From IMG/VR virus record IMGVR_UViG_3300042807_000154, positions 1 to 41,851 of that record: a stretch of DNA of 41,851 bases; one strand, 5' to 3'. The DNA comes from a virus. Lineage: Duplodnaviria; Caudoviricetes. Positions within the stretch are counted from its first letter, which is position 1. Each line of letters starts with the position of its first letter. The notes under the pieces were generated by a model. It worked only from the letters and a program-made list of their open reading frames with translations, had not been told where the DNA came from and searched no databases. Positions 1 through 9,017 of the stretch are shown here, piece after piece. Made by a program: the position numbers and the translations under genes.

Positions 1-521
1 TTTACAAGGTGTGCTGTATTCTCTGTGAAATCATATTGAAATAACGGAATGTCGCAACCTAAAAAGGTTGGATTATCATTCTCTATGTAATCAAGCATAT
101 GTAACTGTAATGCTATTTGCGGGCTCGTCAAATTATATGTCTTACAAAATTGTACATGTTTGTTTTCCTTGAGGAACTTCTCGTAGTTAATCTCAATTAA
201 AGAATAACTATGCCCAAATCTTTTGCAATAACGTATTGCATGAGTTACATCGGGACTGTTAAAAATACAGTCCTCCCACACAAACGCAAAAATATATACA
301 GAAAGATCTTTATTTAACTGCGTCATAAGAGATAACACGAACTGACTATCTATGCCGCCGCTTAAACACACGTTTACTTTGTTAAAACCACTAAATTCTG
401 CTTCCCATAGATCGTGTAAACTAACATTGTTTTTTGGTTGGCTTAACAATAAAGAAACTTGACGCTGTTCAATATCAGGAATAAAACCTTGATAAAATTG
501 ACTTGGGTCTAGATTTGACAT
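1..521 (-). CDS. PP-loop ATPase (asparagine synthetase/QueC-like adenine nucleotide alpha-hydrolase), runs off the window edge
   Basis: Not in the ORF track. Read by hand from ATG at 521 with AGGAG upstream: MSNLDPSQFYQGF...KVNVCLSGGIDSQFVL..., containing the SGGxDS PP-loop. Open to base 1. Confidence 0.75.
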   Translation of the reverse strand, partial: MSNLDPSQFYQGFIPDIEQRQVSLLLSQPKNNVSLHDLWEAEFSGFNKVNVCLSGGIDSQFVLSLMTQLNKDLSVYIFAFVWEDCIFNSPDVTHAIRYCKRFGHSYSLIEINYEKFLKENKHVQFCKTYNLTSPQIALQLHMLDYIENDNPTFLGCDIPLFQYDFTENTAHLV

Positions 522-538
522 TAAAAACTCCTGAGTAT

Positions 539-546
539 GATAAATA
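539..546 (+). promoter_or_regulatory. Late-promoter-like box GATAAATA upstream of the subtilase
   Basis: Same octamer recurs upstream of many structural genes in this window; resembles the T4 late promoter TATAAATA. Confidence 0.6.
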
Positions 547-590
547 CTTATATAAATTTATTGGTAGTATAACCATATCATGGAGCACAA

Positions 591-2120
591 ATGGCTAGAT
601 ATTTAATCACGCTGGACTCAGAAGTACATGCAGACAATACATCTGCACAAGCAGCAATTACTGCTGCTGGTGCTTCAGTAGTTAAGTCTTATACGTTTTC
701 ATTAACATTTGAAGTAGAAGCAACCGAAGAGCAGCTTACTTCTATAACAGGAGTAGTTGAATCTACAGCTAAGAATACTGTTACATCAGTATCTGTGCAA
801 GTATTTAACCAAACTCACTTGACCCATTTAGCTAGTGCTAGCTATGCACCAGCTACAGTATATGAACCATTGAATACTGGTGCCGGTGGTGACGTGTATT
901 TAGTTGATACTGGCATTTACGCTGATCACGAACAGTTTGTTGGTCGAAGCATTAACAACCTATATAGTAACTTTGTCAGCGATTTCAGCGACACTGTAGG
1001 ACACGGTACCGCGGTCGGCAGTGTTATTATTGGTGTTGCACAAGGTGTTTCAAAAGATGCAACATTGCACAATGTTAAACTGTTTAATAGTGCTGTAGGC
1101 GATATCACTATTGGTGAAATTATTGATGCGTTAGATGCAGTATTAGTACACCATAATGCAAATAATCCTAGCAAAGCAAAGGTTGTTTGTTTACCGTGGG
1201 TAACAACTCAAAATAATTTCTTAGATAATAAAATTTCAGAATTAAATGCTAGTAATTTAGTTGTTGTTGCCGCGGCAGGTAACAATGGATCAAATGTTAA
1301 TAATTATTCTCCAGCTGGTGTAAATTCAATTATTACAGTAGGTGCATATGATGCAGACTACAACATTACCGCATTCACTAACGTTCCTTGGACTGATCCA
1401 GCTACGTCTTATTACACAAACTATGGCGCCTCACTAGATATTTTTTCATTAGGTGTTGATATTTCGTGTGCAGACATTGCTGCATCAGATGCTTATACAA
1501 CAGCTTCAGGTACTAGTATGGCATCAGGAATTGTTGCAGGTGCTGCTATACAGTGGATTAACAATTATCCTACTAAAACATCAGCTGAAATTAAAGACGT
1601 AATTCTACAAGAAGGACACCGAAAAGGTTTACATAGACTTGCATTCGATGAAAACTTACCATTCTCGTCTACAGATGTGTATCGTTCAATTATTACTGTT
1701 TCACTCGCCGGTCAAGTAAGCATCAGTAATCTTCCATCAGGTAGAATACTTAATGTTCAACTAGGTCAAACAATCACTAAAGACTTAGAACTTAACTTAG
1801 CAAATGCAACAGACTTAGCTGTTATTTCATTCGCTCCAACTCCACCATGGATGACTGTTGATCTAGCAACAGGTATACTAACAGTTAATGCATCGTCAAT
1901 TGACCCAAGTCTTGTTCCAGGAATTTACCTATTTGGTATTAAAGGAACAGTTGAAGGTAAGGTTATGGTTGAAGAATATTCTGTAGGACTATATAATACT
2001 TCGGTGAGCGAATTAGAAGAAGCTACCCAATATTATTATGATGATGACACAGAATCTTATGATGAAGTAGTAAGTTATCAAGTCGCTCCCACATATTCTG
2101 GCGGTTCACAAAAGAACTAA
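591..2120 (+). CDS. Subtilisin-like S8 serine protease with N-terminal propeptide and C-terminal Ig-like domain
   Basis: Catalytic motifs LVDTG (Asp), HGTAV (His), AAGN (oxyanion Asn) and SGTSMAS (Ser). GGAG RBS. No signal peptide evident. Confidence 0.9.
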   Translation: MARYLITLDSEVHADNTSAQAAITAAGASVVKSYTFSLTFEVEATEEQLTSITGVVESTAKNTVTSVSVQVFNQTHLTHLASASYAPATVYEPLNTGAGGDVYLVDTGIYADHEQFVGRSINNLYSNFVSDFSDTVGHGTAVGSVIIGVAQGVSKDATLHNVKLFNSAVGDITIGEIIDALDAVLVHHNANNPSKAKVVCLPWVTTQNNFLDNKISELNASNLVVVAAAGNNGSNVNNYSPAGVNSIITVGAYDADYNITAFTNVPWTDPATSYYTNYGASLDIFSLGVDISCADIAASDAYTTASGTSMASGIVAGAAIQWINNYPTKTSAEIKDVILQEGHRKGLHRLAFDENLPFSSTDVYRSIITVSLAGQVSISNLPSGRILNVQLGQTITKDLELNLANATDLAVISFAPTPPWMTVDLATGILTVNASSIDPSLVPGIYLFGIKGTVEGKVMVEEYSVGLYNTSVSELEEATQYYYDDDTESYDEVVSYQVAPTYSGGSQKN

Positions 2121-2142
2121 ATTCAAAAAGTTTAAATAAATT

Positions 2143-2177
2143 AAAAAACCGTGTTAAATACTTAGCACGGTTTTTTT
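2143..2177 (+). terminator. Intrinsic terminator, probably bidirectional
   Basis: AAAAAACCGTGTTAA-ATAC-TTAGCACGGTTTTTTT: long stem with one G-U pair, A tract before and T7 after. Confidence 0.8.
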
Positions 2178-3155
2178 ATGATTAATATAGACCTAACTAC
2201 AAAGAACACAGTATACAATACTCTTGGTCCGCAAGCACAGTGGATACAACATCGTTTTGGCCGCAGGAACTATCCTGATCTAGAGCTTGAGTTAGAAACT
2301 GTGGTTAAAATTGTACAGGAATCAGAAGATACAATTAACCTAATTTCTTGCTATGGTGACCCATCTAGCTATTCAAATATTTTAGATATTTTAGACGAAG
2401 TAAAAGAAGGTAGGTGCGTCTTTAACAGTCATTTAAGTTTTGAAAACGATCAATTGATTGATGCATTAAATAATAAACAGGCATATGTAGTAGTACCGTT
2501 ATTTGGAATAGAAGATCTGAACGATAAAATATTGTTACGCTCAAATTGGGATTTAGTTTTAAAAAATATTAAAAATTTAAAGTGTAATGTATGCATCGAG
2601 TTTTATACATATAGTTTTAATTATCACCAAATAGATAAAGTTCGTTCATTGTTTAATAGCGATAATATAGAGGTTAACTTTAAAGAAGGGTTATATACTC
2701 ATCCAGCCGGTTTTTCTCCTATAGTAGACGAAAACGGAAAATGGCTCTATGATGCATATTCGCCTAAAAGTAAGTGGAAAGAGTTTCTTCAAACTGTTAA
2801 TGGTTATAATTGTTTAATACAATTTGTGAAGCCGGTAAAAGGTAAATCTATTTTAAATAATCCATTAATTTATAGAATTGATGGAGTAAGTGCAAGAGAT
2901 AATATAAGCATTTCCGTAACAGGGGATGTGTTCCCGTCTTATAATTTACTTGTGCAATTTTCTAATGCATTGTGTAACGACTGGACTTTAGCATTTTCTA
3001 AAATTACTGAAAGAGATAATGTAACTGTTAAAGAAGATTTTAGAAATGTATGTATTGACTTGAGTAATATATTAGATTATTTAAAACAACAAAATAATGT
3101 ATATAAGAACGATTTTGATTCTATTCTAGCTAACCTTGCTAATAGCAATATCTGA
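2178..3155 (+). CDS. Degenerate radical SAM-like protein lacking CxxxCxxC
   Basis: Radical-SAM-like segments (SCYGDP, WDLVLKNIK, FNYHQIDKVR, ISISVTGDVFP), but the N-terminal cluster position reads TTKNTVYNTLG with no Cys. Confidence 0.5.
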   Translation: MINIDLTTKNTVYNTLGPQAQWIQHRFGRRNYPDLELELETVVKIVQESEDTINLISCYGDPSSYSNILDILDEVKEGRCVFNSHLSFENDQLIDALNNKQAYVVVPLFGIEDLNDKILLRSNWDLVLKNIKNLKCNVCIEFYTYSFNYHQIDKVRSLFNSDNIEVNFKEGLYTHPAGFSPIVDENGKWLYDAYSPKSKWKEFLQTVNGYNCLIQFVKPVKGKSILNNPLIYRIDGVSARDNISISVTGDVFPSYNLLVQFSNALCNDWTLAFSKITERDNVTVKEDFRNVCIDLSNILDYLKQQNNVYKNDFDSILANLANSNI

Positions 3156-4139
3156 AATATTGTTGCAATAATCATTCGGACATTCTGTCAGGCTTTTAGG
3201 TAATTCCCAACTTTCAAGTGTAGCAATATTGCCGAAGTGCTTTGCACCGCACCAACTACTGTATATGTCACCGCTGGCATCTATATTAAGACTTTCAAAT
3301 CCTAAGTAGCATCGCATACCTTTGAAATTATTCAGTCCTTCGTTTATAATCTGGTGACTTTGCACGTACTTTGCAGTACTATCATCATATAAGAATTCAG
3401 TCATCCAATCTCGTGGATCAGGTTCAAACACTGGCTGGTTAAGGTCGGGCGGAGGCATTGGCATCGGTTTGATGCCGGGACGTTTAATAATTTCTAACTC
3501 TGCTTCTGTATAGGGCCAATATGTTTCTTGTTTGCTACCACGCCCTAACAACTTCTTATACATAGTCTTAACACATATGCTTACATTATTATAGTTGTTA
3601 CGTTCGCAGTCTGTAAACAGTTCGCGTATTTCTTCTACATCGCTGCCTAGCTCGTCAATTCTACCGCCAATGCCTGCAATGTTAATGTCTATGTTAACGT
3701 AATCTTTTATCTCATTGACAACATTAATAAGATGCTGTTTATCCATGCTTTGTGGATGCCAAGTAATAACAACACCATTTAGATAATGTTTAGCTTTACT
3801 CCACCAATTAACTGTACGGCTAGCATTAGTAAATACTACACTGCTACAGCCATGTTCATTAATTTTACGTATAATATCCTCAAAGCCCGCCATTACAGTA
3901 ACTTCACCGCCTATAAGCTCGTAGTGTACGCTTTTGCTTATATTAGCATAATGACCGCATATTCGATCAACAGCATCTAAATAAGATTGTAGGGGTAACC
4001 AGGGGCGACTACCGTCATGTAGTATGGGAGGACAATATTCGCACTGGAAGTTACATTGATTGCCCATGTTCCATTGTACACGGATTGGGCTGTGAGGTTG
4101 TCTAGCGTGAGGGCCCTTAACTGATATCAGTTTAGCCAT
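3126..4139 (-). CDS. Radical SAM enzyme with C-terminal SPASM/twitch-like Cys domain
   Basis: CNFQCEYC, GGEV, TNAS; C-terminal CYLG..SWC..CPNDYC. Start moved to ATG 4139 (MAKLISVKG), which is TAATG-coupled to the PAAR stop. Confidence 0.88.
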   Translation of the reverse strand: MAKLISVKGPHARQPHSPIRVQWNMGNQCNFQCEYCPPILHDGSRPWLPLQSYLDAVDRICGHYANISKSVHYELIGGEVTVMAGFEDIIRKINEHGCSSVVFTNASRTVNWWSKAKHYLNGVVITWHPQSMDKQHLINVVNEIKDYVNIDINIAGIGGRIDELGSDVEEIRELFTDCERNNYNNVSICVKTMYKKLLGRGSKQETYWPYTEAELEIIKRPGIKPMPMPPPDLNQPVFEPDPRDWMTEFLYDDSTAKYVQSHQIINEGLNNFKGMRCYLGFESLNIDASGDIYSSWCGAKHFGNIATLESWELPKSLTECPNDYCNNISDIAISKVS

Positions 4140-4411
4140 TATGTTACCTGAACTGTTGCTGCTCCGGTATTTACCGGGTGGGCACAAGATGCTTTGCTTA
4201 GACCTTGTACAACTACCGGTTTTCCTTCAGCGAATACTGTACCACTACCTGTTACAATAGTTGGTGCGGTATGAGGGGGTTTCCCGTGAGGACTTACTTT
4301 ATCGCCAACAACACTAACGTTTTTAAATTCTGCAAAGACAGTAAGAGCTCCGGGTCCCAAATCAATTCCCGTTCCAACTAAACTTTGCTTTACTAAACCA
4401 ATTGCCGGCAT
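4139..4411 (-). CDS. PAAR spike-tip protein (T4 gp5.4-like)
   Basis: 90 aa with PAAR-type repeats (VSVVGDKVSPH, GSGTVFAEGKPVVVQG, SCAH) and His/Cys metal ligands. Confidence 0.85.
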   Translation of the reverse strand: MPAIGLVKQSLVGTGIDLGPGALTVFAEFKNVSVVGDKVSPHGKPPHTAPTIVTGSGTVFAEGKPVVVQGLSKASCAHPVNTGAATVQVT

Positions 4412-4416
4412 GCTAG

Positions 4417-4424
4417 TATTTATG
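4417..4424 (-). promoter_or_regulatory. Late box CATAAATA, 5 nt before the PAAR ATG
   Basis: CATAAATA-CTAGC-ATG; overlaps the TAA stop of the upstream gene. Confidence 0.6.
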
Positions 4425-4746
4425 CCTCGCTGGTATCTTCGTCTGCGGACTCTTCTATGTTCTTTTGTTCTGTAACTAGATCATTATAATCTTTAACAGT
4501 ACTTTTTAAAGTTTCCATTACTGCCAAAAAATGTTTACTCTCTGTAACAATAACATTAGCTCTTGCTGTTAACGCAAAAGGTGCAAGGGCAACTGCGTCA
4601 CCAGCTACTACAACAATCTTAGGATATTCTAATGTTAGTGTATCAGTTTCCTCATCAAAACCTAGTAGAGTCGCAATAATTTCATCGCCTTTGGTAGTTT
4701 TTAATGTAACTACTTTACTTAGTAGTTCTGATATATTATATAACAT
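4420..4746 (-). CDS. Sm/LSm-like small beta-barrel protein
   Basis: VVTLKTTKGDEIIATLLGFDE..LTLEYP resembles the Sm1 motif; acidic tail. Confidence 0.5.
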   Translation of the reverse strand: MLYNISELLSKVVTLKTTKGDEIIATLLGFDEETDTLTLEYPKIVVVAGDAVALAPFALTARANVIVTESKHFLAVMETLKSTVKDYNDLVTEQKNIEESADEDTSEA

Positions 4747-4762
4747 GTGTATCTTCCTGTGT

Positions 4763-5029
4763 TCATAGTGATCCTAAACTTGTAAGTCCAAGTTTAGTTT
4801 TGATTGTGTCTACACCCATACCAGAAAGTCCTTGATAACCGCCGTCAACAAATAGTTTACCTTCTCGGTAAATTTGAGGCATGGTTCTATGACCTTCAGC
4901 GATAACAAAGTTTCTAGCTTCATCGCTAGTTTCAATGTTTACTTCTTCATATGGGATGTCATTATTCTTTAGCAGTGCCTTTGCTTGTAAGCAATAACCG
5001 CAATTGTTTTTTGTGTATAGTGTTAACAT
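4763..5029 (-). CDS. Glutaredoxin
   Basis: CGYC active site, RTMPQI and GGY motifs; directly downstream of nrdB. Confidence 0.92.
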   Translation of the reverse strand: MLTLYTKNNCGYCLQAKALLKNNDIPYEEVNIETSDEARNFVIAEGHRTMPQIYREGKLFVDGGYQGLSGMGVDTIKTKLGLTSLGSL

Positions 5030-6165
5030 TATAGACTAAATCCCTTAAATGTATCTTCGTTTACGTCCTGCTTAGTTCCGCCAATTACATAACTAGTGAT
5101 TTCTGTTTCCTGTGGTGCAACTTGTACTTCGCCGCCGCTGATCCACTTCTGTGTCCAAGGTAGAGGATTGCTGGCGCTGGTGCTATAAGGTGCAGTAAGT
5201 CCAACAGCTCTCATACGTCTTGCAGCAATCCATTCAACATATTGCTTGAGCAATTCTGCGTTAAGCCCAATCATGCTGCCGTCTTTGAACAAGTATTCGG
5301 CCCAATCTTTTTCTTGGCGAACTGCTTCCATAAACATCTCTAGTGCTTGCCCTTCACATTCAACAGCAATCTTTTCAAAATCTTTGTCATCTTGTGGTAG
5401 TAGCTTTAGCAATTGTTGTGTACTAGCCAAGTGTACATTTTCATCACGGGCAATTAGCTTAATGATCTTAGCATTGCCTTCCATTTTCTTTAATTCAGCA
5501 AATGCCCAACTACATGCAAAGCTAACATAGAAACGCACACCTTCTAAAATGTTTACGCTCATTAAACATAGCCATAACTGCTTCTTTAACTCATAAAGAT
5601 CAACAACAACCTTCTTGCCATTAACAGTATGTTCACCTTCGCCTAGTAAGGTATACCAACTACTCAGCTCAATTAGTTTGTCATAGTTCTTACTAATGCT
5701 ATCCGCACAAGTAATAATTTCTTTCATCGATGACATTTCATCAAACACTTTGCTTGGATCAGAATAGACGTTACGAATAATATGCGTATAACTACGGCTA
5801 TGAATTGTTTCACTAAATGACCAAGTTTCAATCCATGTTTCTAATTCAGGAATACTTACAATAGGTAGGAAGGCAAGATTAGGACTACGACCCTGTACGC
5901 TGTCTAGTAGAATTTGACGCTTTAGGTTGCTGGTAAATATATGCTGTTCGTGTTCAGTTAAATCCTTAAAGTCTTTAGCATCACGAAGAATGTCAACCTC
6001 TTCTGGTCGCCAAAAGAACCCTAGTTGTTTTTCAGTAATCTTGTCAAATTGGCGATACTTCAAAACGTCATAACGCTGCATAGTGACGCCACCACTAGCA
6101 TCTAGGAACATCTTAGACTGTGTGTGATCTTTTGTACTTTTTGAATTGTAAACTGAAATAGTCAT
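5029..6165 (-). CDS. nrdB: Ribonucleotide reductase class Ia beta subunit
   Basis: [45 protein letters not shown]. Confidence 0.97.
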   Translation of the reverse strand: MTISVYNSKSTKDHTQSKMFLDASGGVTMQRYDVLKYRQFDKITEKQLGFFWRPEEVDILRDAKDFKDLTEHEQHIFTSNLKRQILLDSVQGRSPNLAFLPIVSIPELETWIETWSFSETIHSRSYTHIIRNVYSDPSKVFDEMSSMKEIITCADSISKNYDKLIELSSWYTLLGEGEHTVNGKKVVVDLYELKKQLWLCLMSVNILEGVRFYVSFACSWAFAELKKMEGNAKIIKLIARDENVHLASTQQLLKLLPQDDKDFEKIAVECEGQALEMFMEAVRQEKDWAEYLFKDGSMIGLNAELLKQYVEWIAARRMRAVGLTAPYSTSASNPLPWTQKWISGGEVQVAPQETEITSYVIGGTKQDVNEDTFKGFSL

Positions 6166-6187
6166 ATTTTTATTCCTAACTTTCTAA

Positions 6188-8488
6188 TTAAATCTTGCAA
6201 CTATCGCAGTCATCTTCTTCAACTGCAACTTCATCAACTGGTAGAGGGGCTGATAACTTGTCAACATCTACCTCGCCCTGTCCGTCAAATGTATTATTGT
6301 AATACAACTGCTTACCGCCATACTTGTAGAACATAACAATATGTTGTAACAGTAAACTCATTGGAATTTTCTCGTCCTCAAAGTATTGAGGATTATAGCT
6401 AGTATTAACACTAATACCTTGATCAATATATTTTTGTAGCACAGCACAAATCTTTAAGTATCCCTCAGGGCTCTTCTGATTCCAAAGTAGGTCGTACTTG
6501 TTCTTTAAGCGTGGGTAGCCTGGTACAACTTGCTTTAACTGTCCATGCTTACTGCCCTTGATACTAACATAGCTACGTGGTGGTTCAATACCGTTGGTAC
6601 TGTTTGAAATTTGTGCAGATGTCTCTGCTGGCATTAGAGCCATTAGTGTACTGTTACGCACACCATACTGCACTAGATCCTTGCGTAGAGTTTTCCAGTT
6701 CATGCGCTCTTTATGCTTAACTAGTTCGTCTAATTCTCGCTTGTAGGTCATGTTAGGCGTGATGCCATCAGCATACTTAGTTTCGTTGCTTTTTAAACAT
6801 GCGCCTTTTTCTTGTGCTAGTTTTACGCTAGCTTTAATAAGATAGTAACTCCACGCTTCAGCCCATTCGTCTACTAGTTCTAAATTTGGATTCTGATAGT
6901 TAGTGTCATTCTTAGCAAGCCAGTAAGCAAAGTTAATGATACCTACACCAAGTGGACGGCGATTCATTGTGCTTAGGTGTGCGGCAAGAACAGGATAGCT
7001 CTGGTAATCTAACAACTCATCTAATGCACGTACTGCTAACTCGCATGGCTTTTCAAAGTCTGCAGGAGTCTTAATGTTACCCCAGTTAATTGCGCTTAGG
7101 GTACAAAGACTAATCTCACCTTCTGGATCATTGATGTCATTAAGTGGCTTAGTTGGAAGATTGATTTCACAGCAAAGATTACTCTGCTTGATAGGAGCAA
7201 CATCTTCCTTAAACGAGCCATGTGTATTAGCATGGTCAACATTCATTAAGTAGATTCGACCTGTATCTTTACGTTCTTGTACATAAGCACTGAATAAGTC
7301 AATTGCCTTTACAGTCTTTTTACGTAGGCGTGTGTTACGCTCTGCTGTTTCATATAGTTCTCTAAACTTATCTTGGTCGTTAAAGAACGCATCATACATT
7401 TCAGGAACATCATGGGGTGAAAACAGTGTAATGTCACCACCAGTGATTAGGCGCTCGTACATTAGCTTGTTAAACTGCACACCATAGTCCATGTGACGTA
7501 CACGGTTGTCTTCTGTTCCTTTGTTGTTCTTAAGAACTAAAATATCTTCAACTTCTAAGTGCCAGATCGGATAGTATAGTGTTGCTGCTCCACCACGCAC
7601 TCCGCCTTGACTACAGCTTTTTACTGCCGCCTGGAATAATTTATAGAAAGGAATAACACCAGTATGAGTTGCATCACCATTACGGATAGGCGAACCAATA
7701 GCACGGATACTGCCTGCGCCGATACCAATGCCCGCTTTCTGACTTACATACTTTACTACTGCGCTAGATGTTGCGTTAATGCTGTCTAAGCTGTCGCCGC
7801 TTTCAATTAGAACACAGCTACTGAATTGACGCTGTGGTGTACGGACACCTGCCATAACAGGAGTAGGCAAGCTGATGTCAAAGGTACTGATAGCATCGTA
7901 ATAGTCCTTAACGTACTGTAGACGTGTTTCGTTGGGGTACTTACTAAATAGAGTCGCACTAATCATCATGTATGCAACTTGAGGTGTTTCGAAAATCTGT
8001 CCTGTAGCACGATTCTGTACCAGATACTTACCGCGGAACTGTTCCATGGCAGCATAAGTTAGCATGTTATCACGTTCATGCTTAATGTATTCATTAAGCT
8101 GATTAATCTCATCTTCTGAGTAGAATTCTAAAATTTCTTTATCGTAAAAACCTTTATTGATGTTGTTCTTGATAATTTTTATTAGATGCGGAGGAGAAAA
8201 ATCACCATATACATGTTTGCGTAGGTGATAGTTGATTAGTCTACCAGCAACATACTGATAGTTTGGAGTCTCTTCGGAAATTAAGTCAGCGGCGCTCTTA
8301 ATAAGAGTTTCTTGAATATCGCTACTAGTAATGCCGTTATAAAATTGAATATGACTTTTAATTTCAACTTCACTCGGACTTACCCCTGTGATGCCTTCAC
8401 ATGCGTGAAACACTACTTTATGAAGTTTATCAAGATTAAGTTCTTCTTTACTACCGTCTCGTTTTGCAATTAAAATTGGCTTGGACAT
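6188..8488 (-). CDS. nrdA: Ribonucleotide reductase class Ia alpha subunit with ATP cone
   Basis: KRDG ATP cone, FSSCVLI, SNLCCEI, CTLSAIN, KQLYY and C-terminal CDSCKI. Confidence 0.97.
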   Translation of the reverse strand: MSKPILIAKRDGSKEELNLDKLHKVVFHACEGITGVSPSEVEIKSHIQFYNGITSSDIQETLIKSAADLISEETPNYQYVAGRLINYHLRKHVYGDFSPPHLIKIIKNNINKGFYDKEILEFYSEDEINQLNEYIKHERDNMLTYAAMEQFRGKYLVQNRATGQIFETPQVAYMMISATLFSKYPNETRLQYVKDYYDAISTFDISLPTPVMAGVRTPQRQFSSCVLIESGDSLDSINATSSAVVKYVSQKAGIGIGAGSIRAIGSPIRNGDATHTGVIPFYKLFQAAVKSCSQGGVRGGAATLYYPIWHLEVEDILVLKNNKGTEDNRVRHMDYGVQFNKLMYERLITGGDITLFSPHDVPEMYDAFFNDQDKFRELYETAERNTRLRKKTVKAIDLFSAYVQERKDTGRIYLMNVDHANTHGSFKEDVAPIKQSNLCCEINLPTKPLNDINDPEGEISLCTLSAINWGNIKTPADFEKPCELAVRALDELLDYQSYPVLAAHLSTMNRRPLGVGIINFAYWLAKNDTNYQNPNLELVDEWAEAWSYYLIKASVKLAQEKGACLKSNETKYADGITPNMTYKRELDELVKHKERMNWKTLRKDLVQYGVRNSTLMALMPAETSAQISNSTNGIEPPRSYVSIKGSKHGQLKQVVPGYPRLKNKYDLLWNQKSPEGYLKICAVLQKYIDQGISVNTSYNPQYFEDEKIPMSLLLQHIVMFYKYGGKQLYYNNTFDGQGEVDVDKLSAPLPVDEVAVEEDDCDSCKI

Positions 8489-8542
8489 CTACTAGCTTTC
8501 CTGTTGTGTTATTATGGGTTTTTGTTCTAGATTGTGTAGTGT

Positions 8543-8571
8543 ATTATATAGCATAATACTTATCTAGTCAA
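8543..8571 (-). promoter_or_regulatory. Sigma70-type promoter for nrdA-nrdB-grx
   Basis: TTGACT-N17-TATAAT; the spacer also contains a late-box variant GATAAGTA (8557-8564). Confidence 0.8.
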
Positions 8572-9005
8572 GAGCCAAGTTTATCTACAGCTATAATATG
8601 GCTAGAAAATTTAGTAGAGTTGCTTTCACAATACTCCAGAGTAACTACGCAATCCTGAAGGAAATTGTAAACACAATCACCATAAACAAAAACCAACCCA
8701 TCTGTTCCTGTTATATGATTACTTACCACATCAAAGCGGCATTCATCAGCTTTTATGAGTTTTAGATTTATCAGAGTACTAGCAAGCACCAATGTCAATC
8801 CGGATTGGCAAAACTGTCCATCACTTACGATTTCAAAAGGTGTCGACCAGCTTTCGGGTGTATAGTAGTCAAGTATTCGTCGTTCAATTTTAATTTTAGC
8901 AAAAGCATCTATTACATTCTGTTCTGTTCCGTTAGCAGGAAACTCCTGTCGAAACTTTCTCCAAGCAGCGAGGCGCCCAGAGCTATTCTGTGTCTTTGTG
9001 AACAT
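8568..9005 (-). CDS. Hypothetical phage protein
   Basis: 145-aa ORF with AGGA RBS, following the tail gene; no diagnostic motif. Confidence 0.7.
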   Translation of the reverse strand: MFTKTQNSSGRLAAWRKFRQEFPANGTEQNVIDAFAKIKIERRILDYYTPESWSTPFEIVSDGQFCQSGLTLVLASTLINLKLIKADECRFDVVSNHITGTDGLVFVYGDCVYNFLQDCVVTLEYCESNSTKFSSHIIAVDKLGS

Positions 9006-9017
9006 GTTACTTCCTAA

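Noticed and set aside
4139-4411. Type VI secretion locus
   Set aside because: PAAR is alone in a phage context with no tss genes; it fits a tail spike tip.
5029-8488. Introns, inteins or homing endonucleases in nrdA/nrdB
   Set aside because: Both ORFs are continuous and of normal length, with only a short intergenic gap.
8568-9005. Transglutaminase-like lasso-peptide protease partner for the PP-loop gene
   Set aside because: Only an isolated FC motif, about 8 kb from the PP-loop gene, and no precursor seen; insufficient support.
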